The notes beneath the pieces were generated by a model. It saw only the letters and a program-made list of their open reading frames with translations. It had not been told where the DNA came from and ran no database searches. A stretch of DNA of 64,000 nucleotides, taken from positions 206,033 through 270,032 of the forward strand of contig CAWCDC010000010.1 in NCBI GenBank assembly GCA_963794255.1, in the 5' to 3' direction. Positions 33,228 through 39,564 of the stretch are shown here, one piece after another. Made by a program: the position numbers and the translations under genes. Each line of letters begins with the position of its first letter. Position 1 is the stretch's first letter. Source of the DNA: an uncultured Actinomycetes bacterium. Its GTDB lineage: Bacteria > Actinomycetota > Thermoleophilia > Gaiellales > Gaiellaceae.

Positions 33228-33386
33228 CTATGGCCCGAGCCGCGTGCGTCGGCGGATGCCGAGGCGCTTCTGGACGGCCCGGTCTTCCTCGCCGTCCTTC
33301 TTCGCCGCCCAGACGAATAGCCAGACGACGCCCACGAGCGTGAGCACGCTGACGGCCGTGATCACGATCTCGAGAACGGTGCTCAC
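33228..33386 (-). CDS. small membrane protein (PLD-N-terminal-like)
   Basis: GTG-STVLEIVITAVSVLTLVGVVWLFVWAAKKDGEEDRAVQ... It overlaps the upstream gene stop. Confidence 0.4.
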   Translation of the reverse strand: MSTVLEIVITAVSVLTLVGVVWLFVWAAKKDGEEDRAVQKRLGIRRRTRLGP

Positions 33387-34183
33387 GGCGAGGATGGCCC
33401 TGTGGCTGCCGGTGCCGGCACCATCATCAGGCGCACGTTCGTGAGGGCCGTGTCGGGGATGGTGATGAACCCGCGCGTGGGGCGGTCGAGGTCGAAGGTG
33501 ACGAGCAGAAGCGACGTCACGAGGACAGATGCCAGGAGGACCGTGATCACGCCCCGCCCGACCATCGACAGGTAGACGGCGAGCAGCGCCAGCGCAACCG
33601 TGGCCGCTCCTATCTCGAGTACGAGCACGGCGTTCGGCACTCTGTTGCTGAGGGCCGCAACACGACTGGTCTGCGCGTCGAACATCTCGTTCAGGCTGTC
33701 CACGTACAGGCGAGGTGCGCTCGCAGCGGGTGCCCGCGTGAGCGCCTGGCCGGCGAGCTTCCACAGCTGCCGCTGCTGTGCGCTGCTCGCCGCGAGAATG
33801 GCCTTTGCTTTCGGGCTGCCCGGGATCGCCTTCGACAGCAGGATGCTCGTGTCGGTGTAGTGCTTCAGCAAGACGAGAGAGCGGCTCCGCATCGGCTCGG
33901 CCAGGGTCTCGGCGCGCAGGTAGGTCGTCCCGATCGCGTTCGCCTCGTCGACCACCGCAGCGCGCCGATCTTCGTAGCGACCGACCGCCAGGCTCAGCCC
34001 GAAGGCCAGAATGAGACCCACGAGCCCGAGGAGCGCGGCCTGCAGAACGCCAAACGGCTCGCGCAGAACCTCGGAATGCTTCCGCAAATAGCGGCCGATC
34101 CCGGCGCCCAGGGCCGTTCCTCCGACCACCACGGCAAAGAGAAAGAGCGCGAGCTCCCAGCTGGTGAGCCTGAAGAAGAGCAA
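33383..34183 (-). CDS. DUF4239-type membrane protein
   Basis: Intact 266-aa ORF with TM segments at both ends and a central helical region (..EANAIGTTYLRAETL..). Confidence 0.6.
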   Translation of the reverse strand: MLFFRLTSWELALFLFAVVVGGTALGAGIGRYLRKHSEVLREPFGVLQAALLGLVGLILAFGLSLAVGRYEDRRAAVVDEANAIGTTYLRAETLAEPMRSRSLVLLKHYTDTSILLSKAIPGSPKAKAILAASSAQQRQLWKLAGQALTRAPAASAPRLYVDSLNEMFDAQTSRVAALSNRVPNAVLVLEIGAATVALALLAVYLSMVGRGVITVLLASVLVTSLLLVTFDLDRPTRGFITIPDTALTNVRLMMVPAPAATGPSSP

Positions 34184-34222
34184 GGACCGGATGATCCGTG
34201 CGCGGGGTGAGGCCCGTCAAGC

Positions 34223-34259
34223 TCTCGCCGGGTCCGTGTTCAGGAGTGACCGCCGAGGC
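34223..34259 (+). repeat. repeat family copy R4, degenerate subtype I; left edge of the array
   Basis: CTCTCGCCGGGTCCGTGTTCAGGAGTGACCGCCGAGG. About 28 of 38 positions match R6 with one gap (hand alignment). Confidence 0.5.
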
Positions 34260-34308
34260 GCACGGGCCTTGGTGAAGTTAGGCTCGTGATTCGACCCGGA
34301 GGTGACAG

Positions 34309-34983
34309 ATGCCCGAGCTTGTTGACCCGCAACATCTTCTGCTGATCGGAGCCGGGCCAGGAGTCGGCGCCGCGGTGGTTCGGCGCTTCGGGCGCGAGGG
34401 CTTCCGCAGCACGCTCATCTCCCGTGGCGGAACGCTTGACCAACTCGCCGCTGAGCTACGCAGCGGCGGTCTCGAGATCGAGGCGATCGCTGCGGATATC
34501 GAGGATCTGGACGGCTACCGCGAGACGCTCGAACGGATCTTCAGCGCGCCGGGAGCCCCCGGTGTCGTCGTCTACAACGCCGCTCTCCCGGATCCGGGCG
34601 AGATTCTCGACACGACCGTCGAGCGGCTTCGAACCGCCCACGACGTCGACGTACTCGGCGCCGTCGTTGCCGCCCAGGTGGCCGTCCCCGTGCTGCGAGC
34701 AGCCGGCGGTGGCACCTTGCTGGTCACGAGCGGCGGCTTCGCCGACACTCCGGTCCCCGGACTGGCGAGCCTCTCGATGGGGAAGGCCGCTTTGCGCTCG
34801 GCGCAGACGCTGGTTGCCGCCGGCGTCCGGGACGACGGTATCCACGCCGCGACCGTCACGATCGTCGGCGCCGTCAAGCCGGGCACGGACTTCGATCCGG
34901 ACAAGATCGCGGAGCTCTTCTGGACCGCCCACACCGACTCGCAGGACGCCTGGCAGACCGAGTATCGGTTCACAGGCGCATAG
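34309..34983 (+). CDS. short-chain dehydrogenase/reductase family protein (unit 1 of the array)
   Basis: Intact ORF with strong [24 protein letters not shown] (Rossmann), VVYNAAL. The canonical YxxxK Tyr is not evident (LSMGKAAL). Confidence 0.8.
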   Translation: MPELVDPQHLLLIGAGPGVGAAVVRRFGREGFRSTLISRGGTLDQLAAELRSGGLEIEAIAADIEDLDGYRETLERIFSAPGAPGVVVYNAALPDPGEILDTTVERLRTAHDVDVLGAVVAAQVAVPVLRAAGGGTLLVTSGGFADTPVPGLASLSMGKAALRSAQTLVAAGVRDDGIHAATVTIVGAVKPGTDFDPDKIAELFWTAHTDSQDAWQTEYRFTGA

Positions 34984-35037
34984 CGCAGCACGCGCCGCCC
35001 GGCGGTGACGCCAAGCGGCGCCGCTCGGCCGCGAGCA

Positions 35038-35074
35038 CGCTCGCCTGGGCCAGTATTTCGGAATGTCACCCGAC
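35038..35074 (+). repeat. repeat family copy R5, subtype I
   Basis: CGCTCGCCTGGGCCAGTATTTCGGAATGTCACCCGAC. Confidence 0.7.
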
Positions 35075-35204
35075 AAAACACCCCTGGAGGGCGAGTCAGG
35101 ACGGTGATCTTTCCGGTAACGATCGGGCCCACCTGGGAGTTGCACGACCTCAGGGTGTAGGGTCGTACAGCTGGGGTCGATCGCGCGGGGAAATGAGGAG
35201 TCGC

Positions 35205-35264
35205 ATGACCCTTATCACCGCTGGCCAGGAGAACTCGACGCCGATCGAGATCTACTACGAGGAC
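35205..35264 (+). pseudogene. orphan 5-prime fragment (first ~20 codons plus RBS) of a second chloroperoxidase-type hydrolase
   Basis: GAGGAG-N5-ATG, then [20 protein letters not shown]. This matches the N-terminal signature of non-heme chloroperoxidases (..ITVGQENST.I.LYYED). Similarity stops at 35264, and the complete paralog starts at 35319. Confidence 0.5.
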
Positions 35265-35318
35265 CCGGTTAAGACGGCGCTCCCGAGCTCGGCCATAACT
35301 CAAACGAGAGGAACTCGC

Positions 35319-36144
35319 ATGCCCTCGATCACGACCGCAGACGGAGTCGAGATCTACTACAAGGATTGGGGAACCGGGCAGCCGATCGTCTTCAGTCACG
35401 GTTGGCCGCTATCGGCCGACGACTGGGACAACCAGATGCTGTTCTTTCTAGGCAAGGGCTATCGCGTCATCGCGCACGACCGTCGCGGCCATGGTCGCTC
35501 CACCCAGGTCGGCGACGGGCACGACATGGACCACTACGCGGACGACCTCGCTGCGCTCACGGGACACCTCGAACTGCGGGATGCGATCCACATCGGACAC
35601 AGCACCGGGGGTGGAGAGGTCATCCACTACCTCGCCCGACACGGCGACCGACAAGGTGGCGAAGGCCGCGATCATCAGCGCCGTCCCGCCGCTGATGGTG
35701 AAGACCGACGCCAATCCCGACGGGCTGCCGAAGAGCGTCTTCGATGGTTTCATGTCGGAGTTGGCCACGAACCGCTCGGAGTTCTACCGCGCGATCGCCT
35801 CGGGGCCTTTCTACAACTACGACCGCGAACCCGAAAAATCCTCCGAGGCCATCATCGAGAACTGGTGGCGCCAGGGAATGATGGGCGGCGCAAAGGCCGG
35901 CTACGACGGCATCGTCGCGTTCTCGCAAACCGACTTCACCGAAGACCTCAAAAAGATCGACATCCCCGTTCTCGTGATGCACTCAGAAGACGACCAGATA
36001 GTTCCCTACGTCGCCGCCGGGCCCCGCTCGGCCGCGCTTCTGCCGAAGGGGACCCTGAAGACCTACCACGGTTTCCCGCACGGCATGCCGACCACCGAGG
36101 CCGACACGATCAACGCTGACCTCTTGGAGTTCCTGCAATCCTGA
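35319..36144 (+). CDS. alpha/beta hydrolase, non-heme chloroperoxidase / arylesterase type (one frame break near 35640; unit 2)
   Basis: [58 protein letters not shown].. then [37 protein letters not shown] (ORFs 35193..36119 and 35491..36144). Confidence 0.85.
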
Positions 36145-36231
36145 CCCGCGGAAATACCGTCCGGCTCGCGGACGCGAATATGCCGCACTTTGACCAGGTT
36201 CCGAGCTTGCCGTACTGCTCGAGCCGTAGGA

Positions 36232-36268
36232 CGCTCGGCTGGGCCAGTGTTCCGGAATGACGCCCGAC
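36232..36268 (+). repeat. repeat family copy R6, subtype I (best-conserved copy)
   Basis: CGCTCGGCTGGGCCAGTGTTCCGGAATGACGCCCGAC. It contains the perfect palindrome TTCCGGAA flanked by GGGC / GCCC. Confidence 0.75.
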
Positions 36269-36308
36269 GATGTGACGGTTTGCGGCGCGGCGACGTATCT
36301 TGTGCGTG

Positions 36309-36692
36309 ATGAGACGCTTGGCGTTGTTCGTGCTGGTCGTATCGTCGACTGTGGCTGTCGTGTCACTTGGCACGGCGTCCGGCTCGGGAGCGCGTCGTCC
36401 TTATTCCGTCGCGGCCGTGAAGGCTGCGTTCAAGGCGGAGGGTGTCGGTCTTCGCCCCTTCCCGTGTTCTGGTGGTAAGCGGGTGTGTGCTAAGTGGGTG
36501 ACTCTGATCGGGAAGTGGCCTCACGCCATCCACGTGAACGTCCGACGTGGACCCCTCACCGGCATCTATAAGCGCGTCACCGACCAGCCTTCTGCCGTCG
36601 GGTCAACGAATACCCAATATCGGAACGTCCGAGTCGGGTGGCGCCCAAGGGACCGCGCGGTTGTCTGGGCAGCGCTGCACCGCTTGAAGTAG
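36309..36692 (+). CDS. small secreted hypothetical protein (unit 3)
   Basis: MRRLALFVLVVSSTVAVVSLGTASG signal-like N-terminus. No family recognised. G+C is lower than in core genes. Confidence 0.5.
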   Translation: MRRLALFVLVVSSTVAVVSLGTASGSGARRPYSVAAVKAAFKAEGVGLRPFPCSGGKRVCAKWVTLIGKWPHAIHVNVRRGPLTGIYKRVTDQPSAVGSTNTQYRNVRVGWRPRDRAVVWAALHRLK

Positions 36693-36703
36693 CCCGGACG
36701 ATT

Positions 36704-36740
36704 GCGCTCGGCTGGGCCAGTGTGCGCTCTGACGCCTGGC
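36704..36740 (+). repeat. repeat family copy R7 (core plus variant tail); left junction of the Rep/recombinase module
   Basis: GCGCTCGGCTGGGCCAGTGTGCGCTCTGACGCCTGGC. Confidence 0.65.
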
Positions 36741-36841
36741 GCTTGGGTGGGGTGGTCGCGGCTGGCGCAGGGAGGCACCCGGCAGGGTGCCCCCGCGCGG
36801 CCGCGCTGCGCTTCTGTTGTGGGTTGGTTTTCTTCACTTGA

Positions 36842-36941
36842 ATATGCAACGAAACTCGGGTGGGTTGGGGGGATGTTGGCTGAAGTGCAATCGGGGGCTG
36901 TAGGAGTGCAAAATCCCTGCAAAAGGTGCATATTTGCACTT
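36842..36941. promoter_or_regulatory. iteron-like cluster (RRGTGCAAW / TGCA motifs), candidate origin or operator of the element
   Basis: ATATGCAAC (36842), AAGTGCAA (36883), GAGTGCAAAA (36904), CTGCAAAA (36918), and GGTGCATATTTGCACTT (36926-36941, inverted pair GTGCA/TGCAC). Confidence 0.4.
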
Positions 36942-37210
36942 CAGACAACAGAGAAAAGGCGGCTGTTAGGGGTTGTTCTGTATCGCCCAGTCAAAGCCGG
37001 GTCTTGGCCGTTTCGAGCTGAGCATCCGTTCGCGCCGCTACCCTGCGGCCTGCGCCCATAGGTCCGGGTTAGTCCAGGAGTGAGTGGGGCTCCCGGGGTC
37101 GGCGTGACGGGTTCGGCTTAGGGGTTCCTCTGCCGGGTTCGTGAGGCCACTGCACTCACCAGCCGCGCAACCGCTGCGCGGGGTTCCGGTTATCGGACTG
37201 GTGGAGGTGC

Positions 37211-37933
37211 GTGGTGGACAGCTTGTGGTCGTTCTCGCTCTACCCGGAGGCGGGTGAGGGTGGCGGTTGCTTGGCGGTGCGGCGGTCGGTGGTGGCTGTG
37301 TCGGATCGGCCGCCGAACGTGGTGCGGGCGCGGGAGGAGGCGGCGCGCAGGGCGCGGACCAAGATCCGCCGCTACGGGGCCGCGAACAGGCTGAACCGGC
37401 TCGGCACGCTCACCTATCGGGGTGAGGGCTGCCACGATCCGCTCAGGCTGCGGGCGGACCTGGCCGGGTTCTTTCGCGGGCTGCGCGAGCGGCTGGCGGT
37501 GGGGGCGTTCGCGTATGTGTGGGTGCCGCAGTGGCATCCAGGCGGGCACGGGCTGCATGCGCACTTCGCGGTCGGCCGCTTCGTGCCGCGCGGCCTGATC
37601 GAGCGCTGTTGGGGGCACGGCTTCGTGCATATCAAGCTGCTCGACGGGCTGCCGGTCGGCTCCGGCGAGCGGGCTGAGGCGCGGATGGCGGCTCGCTATC
37701 TGGCCGGGTACGCAGGCCGCGATCTCGGCGACGAGCGCCGGTTGGCCGGTCTGCACCGCTACGAGGTCGCGCAGGGCTTCCAGCCGGAGAAGATCCTCGT
37801 CTACGGCGTCTCGGCCGAGGACGTGATCGAGCGCGCCTCCGGCCTCATGCGGGCCACGCCGGAGCGGGTCTGGTTCTCCTCGTCGATGGAGGTGAGGCAT
37901 GGGCCGCCAGCCTGCTGGGCGCAGTGGGACTGA
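37211..37933 (+). CDS. HUH-superfamily rolling-circle replication initiator (RepSA/phage-CRI-like)
   Basis: Intact 240-aa ORF with three RCR motifs in canonical order: LGTLTY (motif 1), GLHAHFAV (HUH, motif 2), ARYLAGYAGRD (catalytic Tyr, motif 3). Confidence 0.8.
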   Translation: MVDSLWSFSLYPEAGEGGGCLAVRRSVVAVSDRPPNVVRAREEAARRARTKIRRYGAANRLNRLGTLTYRGEGCHDPLRLRADLAGFFRGLRERLAVGAFAYVWVPQWHPGGHGLHAHFAVGRFVPRGLIERCWGHGFVHIKLLDGLPVGSGERAEARMAARYLAGYAGRDLGDERRLAGLHRYEVAQGFQPEKILVYGVSAEDVIERASGLMRATPERVWFSSSMEVRHGPPACWAQWD

Positions 37934-38093
37934 GGACCTCCAGGCTCGCGCGGTGGCCTGGGTGGAGGCACATTGCGCGGCGCAGGGCGTCCCGGTCAAG
38001 CTGTCCGACCCGCTCGCCCTGGCGCGGATCGCGGAGCTACTGGCTCAGGGCCGCAAGACCGGCTCTAGCCGCGACCCGTCAAAGCGGTTGTAG
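37899..38093 (+). CDS. small hypothetical protein overlapping the rep 3-prime end
   Basis: 64-aa ORF: ..AVAWVEAHCAAQGVPVKLSDPLALARIAELL... No family recognised. It converges on and overlaps the recombinase 3-prime end. Confidence 0.35.
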   Translation: MGRQPAGRSGTEDLQARAVAWVEAHCAAQGVPVKLSDPLALARIAELLAQGRKTGSSRDPSKRL

Positions 38094-39503
38094 CCGGGGC
38101 GAGCAGGGCCGACCCGGACGGAATCGACGACGCTGGCGACGATCGCGTGCTGCTGGCTCAGGTCCAGTCCTTCCCAATCGGCGCGCAGGCGGTCGCTGTG
38201 GCCGACGTAGGACTCGAGCAGGCCGCCGTGGGTGACCTTGGCCAGCTGCTTGCGGGCCGCGCTCGAGGCGCTGCTCGATCGGCTTGCGGGCTGCTTTCCA
38301 CTCGCCGCATCGTGATCTGCCCGTTGCCCGTAGGCCGCAGCGAGCTCCTCGAGCTGCTGCCTGGGCTGCTTCGGCTTCCTGCGACCACCGTGCGGTGTCT
38401 GGGCGCTGCGCTGCTGTCGCCGCTCCGTGGCTCGCTGCAAGTCGCGCGAATCGACCCGGTGGAGGACGGCCTCGGTGACGAACTGCTCGACCTCGTCGGC
38501 GTTGATGTACGTCTTGCCGCAACCGGAGAATCCCTCGCCTTTGGCGCAGGCGTAGCGGCGCTTGCCGCCGGTGCGCGGGCGGGCGACCAGCCGCTGCGCC
38601 GCAGTGGCTACAGACGAGCAGGCCGCCGAGCAGGTAGCGGCGGGCTGCCTTGTTGGTGCGCCGCTCCGGGTCGGCCAGCAGCGCCCGGATCTGCGCTCCG
38701 TCCTCGGCGGGCTGATGATCGCGGGCCACTCCGCGGTCGCCACGATCTCGCCGTGGTGGGCGCGCTGGCCGCTGATCCGACGGCGAGGCCAGCATCCGGC
38801 GCAAGCTCTGCGGCGACCACGGCCCGCCGCTTGGCTGCCGGTATCATCGCGGCTGTTCAGGTCGTTGCGACGATCGAGCGCACCGGTTCGCCCGCCAGCA
38901 GCCGCTGCGCGCACTCGCGACCACGGCCGCCTCCGCAGGCCGCACGGTCACTTTGTCCGTCCTCGTAGCCGTAGGGGCGAGCTGCCGCCACCCGAGACCC
39001 GTCCGCTCTCGGCGATCTCCAAGTGCTTGCGCGAGATCCGCGTCGGCTCTTGTGGTCGCTCTCGTAGTCGCGCCATACGCCCCGAGCACTACGAGCGAAC
39101 AACTGGCCATCGTGCGTCGGCAAGGTCGACGGTCCCCGCTCACCGTAGCCGACGTAGCTCGAGCGCTGCAGCTCGTCGACAGAGGTCGATGAACGCTTCC
39201 AGCTCGCGCGGCTGCCGGGTCAGGCGGTCGAGGTCGTAGACCAGAACACGGCGTCGATCGCGGCCCGACCTGCAGATCGCCGCACACATCCGCTCGTACT
39301 CCGGACGCCAGCGTGCCACTCCAGGCGCTCACGATCGTCGTCGACGTACTGCTCGACAACCGCGCCAACCGCGCAACTAGCGCCAACGCGCTCACAGTCC
39401 GCGATCTGCCGCCTGCACGCCAAGCTGATCGCCCTCCCGATCGGACGAGATCCGGGCATAGATCGCCGCCCGACACCGGAGCCAGCGCCAGAGCCGTAGC
39501 CAC
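38045..39503 (-). CDS. large serine recombinase (resolvase domain, recombinase domain, zinc ribbon, coiled coil); at least 6 frame changes as given
   Basis: AAIYARISSDREGDQLGVQRQIADCE (catalytic Ser region), EYERMCAAI..VLVYDLDRLTRQPRELEAFIDL (own reframing), RPYGYEDG.., LLVCSHCG..KRRYACAKGEGFSGCGKTYINADEVEQFV (zinc ribbon), and tail in ORF 38045..38914. Confidence 0.8.
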
Positions 39504-39522
39504 TCAGGGAGACATACACGAA

Positions 39523-39556
39523 CACTCGCCTGGGCCAGCGTCCTTACGCCTGACGG
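39523..39556 (+). repeat. repeat family copy R8, subtype II; right edge of the array, next to the polA stop
   Basis: CACTCGCCTGGGCCAGCGTCCTTACGCCTGACGG. Confidence 0.7.
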
Positions 39557-39564
39557 CGTCGGCG

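Larger units (their letters stand above)
36704..39556. mobile_element. integrated minimal rolling-circle replicon: iteron region, HUH Rep, small ORF, large serine recombinase, bounded by R7 and R8
   Basis: Direct repeats share TCGSCTGGGCCAG at both ends. The recombinase 5-prime end lies 20 bp from R8. The module is inserted 8 bp downstream of the polA stop. The 500-bp non-coding region has lower G+C. Confidence 0.6.

Noticed and set aside
35193-36119. 308-aa ORF read as one long hydrolase
   Set aside because: It joins the orphan N-terminal fragment, a linker and the real gene, and it then runs out of frame after about 35640. The YYED/YYKD N-terminal motif occurs twice, so it is a fragment plus a complete gene rather than one protein.
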